64,000 bases of DNA from Macrostomum hystrix. Its lineage: Eukaryota > Animalia > Platyhelminthes. The notes under the pieces were generated by a model, which saw only the letters and a list, made by a program, of their open reading frames with translations, was not told the DNA's origin and made no database searches. Both the position numbers and the translations under genes were made by a program. Position 1 is the first letter of the stretch; each line of letters begins with the position of its first letter. The stretch is from contig CATNEN010000025.1 in assembly GCA_950097015.1 (NCBI GenBank), positions 9,362,001-9,426,000 on the forward strand, read 5' to 3'. Positions 34,001 to 48,200 of this stretch are shown here, in pieces.

Positions 34001-37000
34001 AGTCAGGTCAAGATTGAGTCAGGTCAAGATTGAGTCAGGTTGTTATTGGGTCAGGTCAAGATTGAGTCAGGTCAAGATTGAGTCAGTTCAAGATTGAGTC
34101 AGGTCAAGATTGAGTCAGGTCAAGCTTGACTCAGGTCAAGATTGAGTCAGGTTGTTATTGGGTCAGGTCAAGATTGAGTCAGGTTGTTATTGGGTCAGGT
34201 CAAGATTGAGTCAGGTCAAGACTGGGTCAGGTCAAGATTGGGTCAGGTCAAGATTGAGTCAGGTCAAGATTGAGTCAGGTCAAGATTGAGTCAGGTCAAG
34301 ATTGGGTCAGGTCAAGATTGGGTCAGGTCAAGATTGAGTCAGGTCAAGATTGAGTCAGGTTGTTATTGGGTCAGGTCAAGATTGAGTCAGGTCAAGACTG
34401 GGTCAGGTCAAGATTGGGTCAGGTCAAGATTGAGTCAGGTCAAGATTGGGTCAGGTCAAGATTGAGTCAGGTCAAGATTGAGTCAGGTCAAGACTGGGTC
34501 AGGTCATGATTGGGTCAGGTCATGATTGGGTCAGGTCAAGATTGAGTCAGGTCATGATTGGGTCAGGTCATGATTGGGTCAGGTCAAGATTGGGTCAGGT
34601 CAAGATTGGGTCAGGTCATGATTGGGTCAGGTCAAGATTGGGTCAGGTCATGATTGGGTCAGGTCATGATTGGGTCAGGTCAAGATTGGGTCAGGTCATG
34701 ATTGGGTCAGGTCATGATTGGGTCAGGTGAAGACAGGATATGATGGGACAGTTATAAATAAAGTATCTATAATGTAGCACTATCAAATAATGCATAATAT
34801 TCATTCGAATATTTCGTGTCTGGGAGTGTCTGGTCTGGTTCACGCATGAGCGCGCACTCAAGCTTGTGTCCAGTGCTTTGTACTTTTTAACATCGCACAC
34901 ACACACGCTCACTCACTCTTACTCTCGCTTTTTTTCTTTAAAGATCGCCTACACACATTGCATCTTGTCAAGGAGTAAGGAGAGGGTGGACACAGACTAG
35001 CAGGGAATAGGGAAGTAGCGAGAGAGAGAGAGAGACGAGGCAGACTGGGCGGATGGAAAGGCCGCAAAAATATGTTGTTAACGTTGGTGATTTAGAATTG
35101 GGATCACAGCCAAGAGTGTGTGTGGGCTAGAGCAAGGGGCAAGACCAGAAACTGTTCAAGGAGAACCAAAGAGCTGATCAAATTAGCTTAACTGGCGCGC
35201 CTGGTTGTTCGGGGTGGAGACTGGGAATTAGAATGGGAACAATTGATGACGCTGAAAAAATATAACGGAGTCAAGCGAATATGGAGGAGAAGGAAGCTAA
35301 AAATCGGTTTGACATGGGACTCGAATGTGGCATAGACCCTACTCCAGCAAGGAGCGGAGCAGGGTGAGAGAAATGTGATAGAGCGAGAGAAGTGTGGTAG
35401 AGTGAGAGAAATGAGGTAGAGTGAGACAAGGAGTGGGGTAGAGTGAGACAAGGATTGGGGTAGAGTGAGATAAGGATTTGGGTAGAGTGAGATAAGGAGT
35501 GGGTAGAGTGAGATAAGGAGTGGGGTAGAGTGAGATAAGGAGTGGGTAGAGTGAGATAAGGAGTGGGGTAGAGTGAGATAAGGAGTGGGGTAGAGTGAGA
35601 TAAGGAGTGGGGTAGAGTGAGATAAGGAGTGGGGTAGAGTGAGATAAGGAGTGGGGTAGAGTGAGACAAGGATTGGGGTAGAGTGAGACAAGGAGTGGGG
35701 TAAAGTGAGATAAGGAGTGTGGTAGAGTGAGACAAGGAGTGGGGTAAAGTGAGATAAGGAGTGTGGTAGAGTGAGACAAGGATTGGGGTAGAGTGAGACA
35801 AGGATTGGGGTAGAGTGAGATAAGGATTTGGGTAGAGTGAGATAAGGAGTGGGTAGAGTGAGATAAGGAGTGGGGTAGAGTGAGATAAGGAGTGGGTAGA
35901 GTGAGATAAGGAGTGGGGTAGAGTGAGATAAGGAGTGGGGTAGAGTGAGATAAGGAGTGGGGTAGAGTGAGATAAGGAGTGGGGTAGAGTGAGATAAGGA
36001 GTGGGGTAGAGTGAGACAAGGATTGGGGTAGAGTGAGACAAGGAGTGGGGTAAAGTGAGATAAGGAGTGTGGTAGAGTGAGACAAGGAGTGGGGTAAAGT
36101 GAGATAAGGAGTGTGGTAGAGTGAGACAAGGATTGGGGTAGAGTGAGACAAGGATTGGGGTAGAGTGAGACAAGGAGTGGGGTAAAGTGAGATAAGGAGT
36201 GTGGTAGAGTGAGACAAGGATTGGGGTAGAGTGAGACAAGGATTGGGGTAGAGTGAGACAAGGATTGGGGTAGAGTGAGACAAGGATTGGGGTAGAGTGG
36301 AAGGCGAGTCCAGTAAAAGTTATTCCAGAAAGCTACTTAATATTCAATGCCAGAGAGAGAAGTAAGGAAGGAGATAGGATAGAAGAATACAGAAATTACT
36401 AGGGAAGCAGATAGTGGAGCGGGTTGGAGTACGGATATAGAAGGCGTAGGAGAAGCCAGAAATGAGGCAGGCAGAGAAAGCTGTGTCAGCCGGGATGGCA
36501 TTTAGCCGAAAGCTTAATCCCCCAGACCCAATAGGAGAAGCGGCTTGTACAAGAGCTTAGGTTTAATAAGGGGCTAATGACAGAAGAACTGGCACAGTTC
36601 ACACCGAAATTCAAGGGCTCAGCTTAGCATTTCTGTCTGACTAATCACAGCTCGGCCAGACAGAGCTATAAGCCATGCCGGCCTCTTAAAGAGTATATCT
36701 GCTTATTTATAATAAAATAACGGAAAGGAGATTTTGCCGAGGTGGAAAACAATTAGTAGCGATAGCTAAAGAATTTCTTCCATCAGTTCGCTACCAATTT
36801 GCCAACTTTCAATAATTGATCTGATCATTAATATGATGAGCGGTTCATTAATTAGCTTTGCGTCACAAACCATCAGTACCGAGTGCTTCGTGACAGCCTG
36901 AACGACAGATCCCACAGACCCACAGAGAGAACTAAAAAAATAGAATCTCGCCTCAGCAAGCTAACCCTGAATAAATTAGCACTAACCCAGGACACCACAA

Positions 37001-37432
37001 CTGCTCAGTGATAACCAAGCTAGAGAGAGAGATAGTTGAATTCGCTCACGATAACGATAATGACCAGGACTGCGATAACGATGATAATGAAGGGAGAAAA
37101 AATTCAAGTTCCCATATAACTTTCTCCCCACTGCTTTGCCCCTAGCCCTCCACACATAGCAAAAAAAATTCTCCTATCTCTAAATCCCAATAAGGAAGTG
37201 TGGATGGACTGTTTGCCAAACGCTCATATTTCTACAATGAGTTACCAGATGTGGGGCTTGAAAACTGGCCAAATAGATTATTGAGTTAATAGAGGACGCC
37301 ACGACCTGGCTAAGTTTAGTTTTGGGGACAAACTTTTTAACAAAACACACACACACGGGTGGATTACATAGCCATCAATCGACTGTTTTTCTGTTAAGTT
37401 ACACGACAGCACAGAAACAAGTTTTAGATCTA

Positions 37433-37473
<41 letters not shown>

Positions 37474-40400
37474 CTCATCTGTTCGCTCCATTTCCGCTAG
37501 TTCGGAACAGAATCTACTCACCTTTTGAGTCTGGACAAGAGGACAGAAGTTGAGAATGTGTATCCTTACCCAAGCTGGTCAGGAAGGGAGAGAAAAAAGT
37601 TTTTCAAGCAGAAAAAAGTGTTGTCAGCAACGATTTAACCAAAAAACTACTGTAATTCCTTAAATACTGTTGTTCTAAAAAGTATTACAGAAAGCCAACA
37701 TAGGCGGAAGGGAGAATGTAATTGCGACGAGATAGTTGAAAAAAATAGGAAGAGTTGGAGAAAAGGAAATAGTGGAAACTGGGTTAGAAAGCGAGGTGGA
37801 AGAGGAATGGGAGACGTTTGAGGAAGACAGGTGATACGAAGAGGCTAAAGGGAGAAGATAAGAGAGAGTTGATGGAGAGAGGGTAGAGGGAGGATGGGAA
37901 AGAACGATAGAGGAGAGAGGAGAGGAAGAGAGGAGAGAAGAGGGAAGAGGGAGAGAGGAGAGGGAGAGAGGAGAGGGAGATAAAGGAGAGGGAGATAAAG
38001 GAGAGGGAGATAAAGGAGTGGGAGATAAAGGAGTGGGAGATAAAGGAGAGGGAGATAAAGGAGAGGAAGATAAAGGAGTGGGAGATAAAGGAGTGGGAGA
38101 TAAAGGAGAGGAAGATAAAGGAGTGGGAGATAAAGGAGAGGGAGATAAAGGAGAGGAAGATAAAGGAGTGGGAGATAAAGGAGAGGGAGATAAAGGAGAG
38201 GAAGATAAAGGAGTGGGAGATAAAGGAGAGGGAGATAAAGGAGAGGAAGATAAAGGAGTGGGAAATAAAGGAGAGGAAGATAAAGGAGAGGAAGATAAAG
38301 GAGTGGGAGATAAAGGAGAGGAAGATAAAGGAGAGGGAGATAAAGGAGAGGGAGATAAAGCAGTGGGAGATAAAGGAGAGGAAGATAAAGGAGTCGGAGA
38401 TAAAGGAGAGGGAGATAAAGGAGAGGGAGATAAAGGAGTGGGAGATAAAGGAGAGGAAGATAAAGGAGTGGGAGATAAAGGAGAGGGAGATAAAGGAGAG
38501 GAAGATAAAGGAGAGGGAGATAAAGGAGAGGGAGATAAAGGAGAGGAAGATAAAGGAGAGGGAGATAAAGAAGAGGACGATAAAGGAGTGGGAGACAAAG
38601 GAGTGGGAGATAAAGAAGAGGACGATAAAGGAGTGGGAGATAAAGGAGAGGGAGATAAAGGAGAGGAAGATAAAGGAGTGGGAGATAAAGAAGAGGACGA
38701 TAAAGGAGTGGGAGACAAAGGAGTGGGAGATAAAGAAGAGGACGATAAAGGAGTGGGAGATAAAGGAGAGGGAGATAAAGAAGAGGACGATAAAGGAGTG
38801 GGAGACAAAGGAGTGGGAGATAAAGAAGAGGACGATAAAGGAGTGGGAGATAAAGGAGAGGGAGATAAAGAAGAGGACGATAAAGGAGTGGGAGACAAAG
38901 GAGTGGGAGATAAAGAAGAGGACGATAAAGGAGTGGGAGATAAAGGAGAGGGAGATAAAGGAGAGGAAGATAAAGGAGTGGGAGATAAAGAAGAGGACGA
39001 TAAAGGAGTGGGAGACAAAGGAGTGGGAGATAAAGAAGAGGACGATAAAGGAGTGGGAGATAAAGGAGAGGGAGATAAAGAAGAGGACGATAAAGGAGTG
39101 GGAGACAAAGGAGTGGGAGATAAAGAAGAGGACGATAAAGGAGTGGGAGATAAAGGAGAGGGAGATAAAGAAGAGGACGATAAAGGAGTGGGAGACAAAG
39201 GAGTGGGAGATAAAGAAGAGGACGATAAAGGAGTGGGAGACAAAGGAGTGGGAGGAACAGTAAATAAAAACTTAAAAGACAGATGAAACGTTGGGGCAGG
39301 ATAGACGACTGGAGAATAGAGAAACAACGATAAAAGCCGTGCTGTGATCAGTGGATGCAGAGTACATTGAAATTGGTAATCGAAGCAAAAAAGCGCTACA
39401 CACTATAAAATACAATGTAGAGGATAAACGCAAACGCTTGAGTTGTGGCCTGCGCTTCAGCAATAGTCCTAGAGGAAAGTGCGCCCTCAGGTAAAAGGGG
39501 TTCGGGATGGGGATAAAATTGAGCCTGATTTTCGATGACCCGCCGCCGGCCAGCAGCTTTTGCCATTTTACTAAAGTAGGCCTTCTAGCCCCGTAATTTT
39601 TTTCTAATCCCCAGAAATTACCAGCCCTCCCCTTGCCTTGGGTCGTTCTAAAATAATAGAGCCAGATAATTAGGCCGTGTCCTGGGACAATGCAAAGATA
39701 AGTATAATTACAGGTAGTTTTTTGTCACTTCCGTACTGCATAATCTTTTAGGTATTAGTGCGTATTTAATAATGAATTATACAGTCAGTCCTCCCCAACA
39801 CAAACGGACCGCACTTAGGATGTGTAAAAGGGGACTATTAGAAAAGGCTCAGAGAGGCAGAGCGATGAAAGAGCAGAATTTTAGATTTCTTGGCATTAAA
39901 AAATATATGCTCTGCAGTTAGTAAGCTAAAGAGAAAACTACTCGAAACACATCCGTCTCAGGCCGCGATTCTAAAATGACTTTATTTCTCTTCCCAAACC
40001 AGCCACCCGTGAGATCCCAGGCCTGAAAATTGGGGACAGGAAGCTAAAAGTCCAACCGCCTCAGACCCGCCCAACTTCATCAACCTCTTGTATGTCTCTC
40101 TTCTTAATGACCGCAGTCTTGTTTTGTTCTCCAAATTCTGCCTCCTTTGCCGTCAGTCCGCTTTTAGGCTTAAAAACAGGAAGCATCAGCAGTTTGCTGA
40201 TCAGCTGGGACAAATTATTTAAAAAATTCATCTAAACCTTTCACGAAAGAGTTAATAGTCAGCAGAGACAGTACAAAACAAGCGTAACTTTTCTAGATGC
40301 TTTCGTTTGCGTGGGATAATTAAGACTTTCTTTGGCTTAGCAGGTAGTCAAATAAGAGGAATTAAGGGTGGTCTTCCGCCCCTCCTCATTCACAATGGTC

Positions 40401-43400
40401 TTCCATACCTTTCATCACCACAATGGTCTTCCATACCTTCCATCTCCACAATGGTCGTCCGCCCTTTTGCAATAGTCTTCCGCGCAGCACAGCATTCCAC
40501 CCCTGCCACAGCTACAGCAGCACAGCATTCCACCCCTGCCATAGCTACAGCAGCACAGCATTCCACCTCTGCCATAGCTACAGCAGCACAGCATTCCACC
40601 CCTGCCATAGCTACAGCAGCACAGCATTCCACCCCTGCCACAGCTACAGCAGCACAGCATTCCACCCCTGCCATAGCTACAGCAGCACATTCCACCCCTG
40701 CCATAGCTACAGCAGCACATTCCACCCCTGCCATAGCTACAGCAGCACAGCATTTCACCCCTGCCACAGCTACAGCAGCACAGCATTACACCCCTGCCAT
40801 AGCTATAGCAGCACAGCATTCCACCCCTGCCATAGCTACAGCAGCACAGCATTCCACCCCTGCCACAGCTACAGCAGCACAGCATTCCACCCCTGCCATA
40901 GCTACAGCAGCACATTCCACCCCTGCCATAGCTACAGCAGCACAGCATTCCACCCCTGCCATAGCTATAGCAGCACAGCATTCCACCCCTGCCATAGCTA
41001 CAGCAGCACAGCATTCCACCCCTGCCATAGCTACAGCAGCACAGCATTCCACCCCTGCCACAGCTACAGCAGCACAGCATTCCACCCCTGCCATAGCTAC
41101 AGCAGCACATTCCACCCCTGCCATAGCTACAGCAGCACAGCATTCCACCCCTGCCATAGCTACAGCAGCACAGCATTACACCCCTGCCATAGCTACAGCA
41201 GCACAGCATTCCACCCCTGCCATAGCTATAGCAGCACAGCATTCCACCCCTGCCATAGCTACAGCAGCACAGCATTCCACCCCTGCCATAGCTACAGCAG
41301 CACAGCATTCCACCCCTGCCATAGCTACAGCAGCACAGCATTACACCCCTGCCATAGCTACAGCAGCACAGCATTCCACCCCTGCCATAGCTACAGCAGC
41401 ACAGCATTCCACCCCTGCCATAGCTACAGCAGCACAGCATTCCACCCCTGCCACAGCTACAGCAGCACAGCATTCCACCTCTGCCACAGCTACAGCAGCA
41501 CAGCATTCCACCCCTGCCATAGCTACAGCAGCACAGCATTCCACCCCTGCCATAGCTACAGCAGCACAGCATTCCACCCCTGCCACAGCTACAGCAGCAC
41601 AGCATTCCACCCCTGCCATAGCTACAGCAGCACATTCCACCCCTGCCATAGCTACAGCAGCACAGCATTACACCCCTGCCATAGCTACAGCAGCACAGCA
41701 TTCCACCCCTGCCATAGCTACAGCAGCACAGCATTCCACCCCTGCCATAGCTACAGCAGCACAGCATTCCACCCCTGCCACAGCTACAGCAGCACATTCC
41801 ACCCCTGCCATAGCTACAGCAGCACAGCATTTCACCCCTGCCACAGCTACAGCAGCACAGCATTACACCCCTGCCATAGCTATAGCAGCACAGCATTCCA
41901 CCCCTGCCACAGCTACAGCAGCACAGCATTACACCCCTGCCATAGCTACAGCAGCACAGCATTCCACCCCTGCCACAGCTACAGCAGCACAGCATTCCAC
42001 CCCTGCCATAGCTACAGCAGCACAGCATTCCACCCCTGCCATAGCTACAGCAGCACAGCATTCCACCCCTGCCATAGCTACAGCAGCACAGCATTCCACC
42101 CCTGCCATAGCTACAGCAGCACAGCATTCCACCCCTGCCATAGCTACAGCAGCACAGCATTCCACCCCTGCCATAGCTACAGCAGCACATTCCACCCCTG
42201 CCATAGCTACAGCAGCACAGCATTCCACCCCTGCCACAGCTACAGCAGCACAGCATTCCACCCCTGCCATAGCTACAGCAGCACAGCATTCCACCCCTGC
42301 CACAGCTACAGCAGCACAGCATTACACCTCTGCCACAGCTACAGCAGCACAGCATTCCACCCCTGCCACAGCTACAGCAGCACAGCATTCCACCCCTGCC
42401 ACAGCTACAGCAGCACAGCATTACACCCCTGCCATAGCTACAGCAGCACAGCATTACACCCCTGCCATAGCTACAGCAGCACAGCATTCCACCCCTGCCA
42501 TAGCTACAGCAGCACAGCATTCCACCCCTGCCATAGCTACAGCAGCACAGCATTCCACCCCTGCCATAGCTACAGCAGCACAGCATTCCACCCCTGCCAT
42601 AGCTACAGCAGCACAGCATTCCACCCCTGCCATAGCTACAGCAGCACAGCATTCCACCCCTGCCATAGCTACAGCAGCACATTCCACCCCTGCCATAGCT
42701 ACAGCAGCACAGCATTTCACCCCTGCCACAGCTACAGCAGCACAGCATTACACCCCTGCCATAGCTATAGCAGCACAGCATTCCACCCCTGCCACAGCTA
42801 CAGCAGCACAGCATTACACCCCTGCCATAGCTACAGCAGCACAGCATTCCACCCCTGCCACAGCTACAGCAGCACAGCATTACACCCCTGCCATAGCTAC
42901 AGCAGCACAGCATTCCACCCCTGCCATAGCTACAGCAGCACAGCATTCCACCCCTGCCATAGCTACAGCAGCACAGCATTCCACCCCTGCCACAGCTACA
43001 GCAGCACATTCCACCCCTGCCATAGCTACAGCAGCACAGCATTTCACCCCTGCCACAGCTACAGCAGCACAGCATTCCACCCCTGCCATAGCTACAGCAG
43101 CACAGCATTCCACCCCTGCCATAGCTACAGCAGCACAGCATTACACCCCTGCCATAGCTACAGCAGCACAGCATTCCACCCCTGCCATAGCTACAGCAGC
43201 ACTTTTAAATCATCTTGATCTTTAACGGTCGAATTGTTACCAGGCGATTTTACTAAAGGAGGACAAGTTTGACTTTGGCTTAGGAAGGCTAGGATTTTGA
43301 GTGGAGCTAGCCGACCGTTGTGCGTGTGCGTGTGTGTTTGTGTGTGTCCTAGCAAGCGTTGAGTGCAGGTAATACACACTGAGAGAGAGTGTGTGTGTGT

Positions 43401-45219
43401 GTTTGAGTGAAAGTGAAAAAGACTGATGGGGAAGTCAGTGAGTGAGAGAGTTTTTTGAAGTGGAGGCGAGAAGCGTTGAGGTGGCAAGGAGCGGAGCAGG
43501 GTGAGAGAAATGTGATAGAGCGAGAGAAGTGTGGTAGAGTGAGAGAAATGAGGTAGAGTGAGACAAGGAGTGGGGTAGAGTGAGACAAGGATTGGGGTAG
43601 AGTGAGATAAGGATTTGGGTAGAGTGAGATAAGGAGTGGGTAGAGTGAGATAAGGAGTGGGGTAGAGTGAGATAAGGAGTGGGTAGAGTGAGATAAGGAG
43701 TGGGGTAGAGTGAGATAAGGAGTGGGGTAGAGTGAGATAAGGAGTGGGGTAGAGTGAGATAAGGAGTGGGGTAGAGTGAGATAAGGAGTGGGGTAGAGTG
43801 AGACAAGGATTGGGGTAGAGTGAGACAAGGAGTGGGGTAAAGTGAGATAAGGAGTGTGGTAGAGTGAGACAAGGAGTGGGGTAAAGTGAGATAAGGAGTG
43901 TGGTAGAGTGAGACAAGGATTGGGGTAGAGTGAGACAAGGATTGGGGTAGAGTGAGACAAGGAGTGGGGTAAAGTGAGATAAGGAGTGTGGTAGAGTGAG
44001 ACAAGGATTGGGGTAGAGTGAGACAAGGATTGGGGTAGAGTGAGACAAGGATTGGGGTAGAGTGAGACAAGGATTGGGGTAGAGTGGAAGGCGAGTCCAG
44101 TAAAAGTTATTCCAGAAAGCTACTTAATATTCAATGCCAGAGAGAGAAGTAAGGAAGGAGATAGGATAGAAGAATACAGAAATTACTAGGGAAGCAGATA
44201 GTGGAGCGGGTTGGAGTACGGATATAGAAGGCGTAGGAGAAGCCAGAAATGAGGCAGGCAGAGAAAGCTGTGTCAGCCGGGATGGCATTTAGCCGAAAGC
44301 TTAATCCCCCAGACCCAATAGGAGAAGCGGCTTGTACAAGAGCTTAGGTTTAATAAGGGGCTAATGACAGAAGAACTGGCACAGTTCACACCGAAATTCA
44401 AGGGCTCAGCTTAGCATTTCTGTCTGACTAATCACAGCTCGGCCAGACAGAGCTATAAGCCATGCCGGCCTCTTAAAGAGTATATCTGCTTATTTATAAT
44501 AAAATAACGGAAAGGAGATTTTGCCGAGGTGGAAAACAATTAGTAGCGATAGCTAAAGAATTTCTTCCATCAGTTCGCTACCAATTTGCCAACTTTCAAT
44601 AATTGATCTGATCATTAATATGATGAGCGGTTCATTAATTAGCTTTGCGTCACAAACCATCAGTACCGAGTGCTTCGTGACAGCCTGAACGACAGATCCC
44701 ACAGACCCACAGAGAGAACTAAAAAAATAGAATCTCGCCTCAGCAAGCTAACCCTGAATAAATTAGCACTAACCCAGGACACCACAACTGCTCAGTGATA
44801 ACCAAGCTAGAGAGAGAGATAGTTGAATTCGCTCACGATAACGATAATGACCAGGACTGCGATAACGATGATAATGAAGGGAGAAAAAATTCAAGTTCCC
44901 ATATAACTTTCTCCCCACTGCTTTGCCCCTAGCCCTCCACACATAGCAAAAAAAATTCTCCTATCTCTAAATCCCAATAAGGAAGTGTGGATGGACTGTT
45001 TGCCAAACGCTCATATTTCTACAATGAGTTACCAGATGTGGGGCTTGAAAACTGGCCAAATAGATTATTGAGTTAATAGAGGACGCCACGACCTGGCTAA
45101 GTTTAGTTTTGGGGACAAACTTTTTAACAAAACACACACACACGGGTGGATTACATAGCCATCAATCGACTGTTTTTCTGTTAAGTTACACGACAGCACA
45201 GAAACAAGTTTTAGATCTA

Positions 45220-45262
<43 letters not shown>

Positions 45263-48200
45263 CTCATCTGTTCGCTCCATTTCCGCTAGTTCGGAACAGA
45301 ATCTACTCACCTTTTGAGTCTGGACAAGAGGACAGAAGTTGAGAATGTGTATCCTTACCCAAGCTGGTCAGGAAGGGAGAGAAAAAAGTTTTTCAAGCAG
45401 AAAAAAGTGTTGTCAGCAACGATTTAACCAAAAAACTACTGTAATTCCTTAAATACTGTTGTTCTAAAAAGTATTACAGAAAGCCAACATAGGCGGAAGG
45501 GAGAATGTAATTGCGACGAGATAGTTGAAAAAAATAGGAAGAGTTGGAGAAAAGGAAATAGTGGAAACTGGGTTAGAAAGCGAGGTGGAAGAGGAATGGG
45601 AGACGTTTGAGGAAGACAGGTGATACGAAGAGGCTAAAGGGAGAAGATAAGAGAGAGTTGATGGAGAGAGGGTAGAGGGAGGATGGGAAAGAACGATAGA
45701 GGAGAGAGGAGAGGAAGAGAGGAGAGAAAGAGGGAAGAGGGAGAGAGGAGAGGGAGAGAGGAGAGGGAGATAAAGGAGAGGGAGATAAAGGAGAGGGAGA
45801 TAAAGGAGTGGGAGATAAAGGAGTGGGAGATAAAGGAGAGGGAGATAAAGGAGAGGAAGATAAAGGAGTGGGAGATAAAGGAGTGGGAGATAAAGGAGAG
45901 GAAGATAAAGGAGTGGGAGATAAAGGAGAGGGAGATAAAGGAGAGGAAGATAAAGGAGTGGGAGATAAAGGAGAGGGAGATAAAGGAGAGGAAGATAAAG
46001 GAGTGGGAGATAAAGGAGAGGGAGATAAAGGAGAGGAAGATAAAGGAGTGGGAAATAAAGGAGAGGAAGATAAAGGAGAGGAAGATAAAGGAGTGGGAGA
46101 TAAAGGAGAGGAAGATAAAGGAGAGGGAGATAAAGGAGAGGGAGATAAAGCAGTGGGAGATAAAGGAGAGGAAGATAAAGGAGTCGGAGATAAAGGAGAG
46201 GGAGATAAAGGAGAGGGAGATAAAGGAGTGGGAGATAAAGGAGAGGAAGATAAAGGAGTGGGAGATAAAGGAGAGGGAGATAAAGGAGAGGAAGATAAAG
46301 GAGAGGGAGATAAAGGAGAGGGAGATAAAGGAGAGGAAGATAAAGGAGAGGGAGATAAAGAAGAGGACGATAAAGGAGTGGGAGACAAAGGAGTGGGAGA
46401 TAAAGAAGAGGACGATAAAGGAGTGGGAGATAAAGGAGAGGGAGATAAAGGAGAGGAAGATAAAGGAGTGGGAGATAAAGAAGAGGACGATAAAGGAGTG
46501 GGAGACAAAGGAGTGGGAGATAAAGAAGAGGACGATAAAGGAGTGGGAGATAAAGGAGAGGGAGATAAAGAAGAGGACGATAAAGGAGTGGGAGACAAAG
46601 GAGTGGGAGATAAAGAAGAGGACGATAAAGGAGTGGGAGATAAAGGAGAGGGAGATAAAGAAGAGGACGATAAAGGAGTGGGAGACAAAGGAGTGGGAGA
46701 TAAAGAAGAGGACGATAAAGGAGTGGGAGATAAAGGAGAGGGAGATAAAGGAGAGGAAGATAAAGGAGTGGGAGATAAAGAAGAGGACGATAAAGGAGTG
46801 GGAGACAAAGGAGTGGGAGATAAAGAAGAGGACGATAAAGGAGTGGGAGATAAAGGAGAGGGAGATAAAGAAGAGGACGATAAAGGAGTGGGAGACAAAG
46901 GAGTGGGAGATAAAGAAGAGGACGATAAAGGAGTGGGAGATAAAGGAGAGGGAGATAAAGAAGAGGACGATAAAGGAGTGGGAGACAAAGGAGTGGGAGA
47001 TAAAGAAGAGGACGATAAAGGAGTGGGAGACAAAGGAGTGGGAGGAACAGTAAATAAAAACTTAAAAGACAGATGAAACGTTGGGGCAGGATAGACGACT
47101 GGAGAATAGAGAAACAACGATAAAAGCCGTGCTGTGATCAGTGGATGCAGAGTACATTGAAATTGGTAATCGAAGCAAAAAAGCGCTACACACTATAAAA
47201 TACAATGTAGAGGATAAACGCAAACGCTTGAGTTGTGGCCTGCGCTTCAGCAATAGTCCTAGAGGAAAGTGCGCCCTCAGGTAAAAGGGGTTCGGGATGG
47301 GGATAAAATTGAGCCTGATTTTCGATGACCCGCCGCCGGCCAGCAGCTTTTGCCATTTTACTAAAGTAGGCCTTCTAGCCCCGTAATTTTTTTCTAATCC
47401 CCAGAAATTACCAGCCCTCCCCTTGCCTTGGGTCGTTCTAAAATAATAGAGCCAGATAATTAGGCCGTGTCCTGGGACAATGCAAAGATAAGTATAATTA
47501 CAGGTAGTTTTTTGTCACTTCCGTACTGCATAATCTTTTAGGTATTAGTGCGTATTTAATAATGAATTATACAGTCAGTCCTCCCCAACACAAACGGACC
47601 GCACTTAGGATGTGTAAAAGGGGACTATTAGAAAAGGCTCAGAGAGGCAGAGCGATGAAAGAGCAGAATTTTAGATTTCTTGGCATTAAAAAATATATGC
47701 TCTGCAGTTAGTAAGCTAAAGAGAAAACTACTCGAAACACATCCGTCTCAGGCCGCGATTCTAAAATGACTTTATTTCTCTTCCCAAACCAGCCACCCGT
47801 GAGATCCCAGGCCTGAAAATTGGGGACAGGAAGCTAAAAGTCCAACCGCCTCAGACCCGCCCAACTTCATCAACCTCTTGTATGTCTCTCTTCTTAATGA
47901 CCGCAGTCTTGTTTTGTTCTCCAAATTCTGCCTCCTTTGCCGTCAGTCCGCTTTTAGGCTTAAAAACAGGAAGCATCAGCAGTTTGCTGATCAGCTGGGA
48001 CAAATTATTTAAAAAATTCATCTAAACCTTTCACGAAAGAGTTAATAGTCAGCAGAGACAGTACAAAACAAGCGTAACTTTTCTAGATGCTTTCGTTTGC
48101 GTGGGATAATTAAGACTTTCTTTGGCTTAGCAGGTAGTCAAATAAGAGGAATTAAGGGTGGTCTTCCGCCCCTCCTCATTCACAATGGTCTTCCATACCT

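Noticed and set aside
38018-47076. GDKGE collagen-like 422-aa ORFs
   Set aside because: The period is 5 aa (15 bp), not Gly-X-Y; it is a polypurine VNTR.
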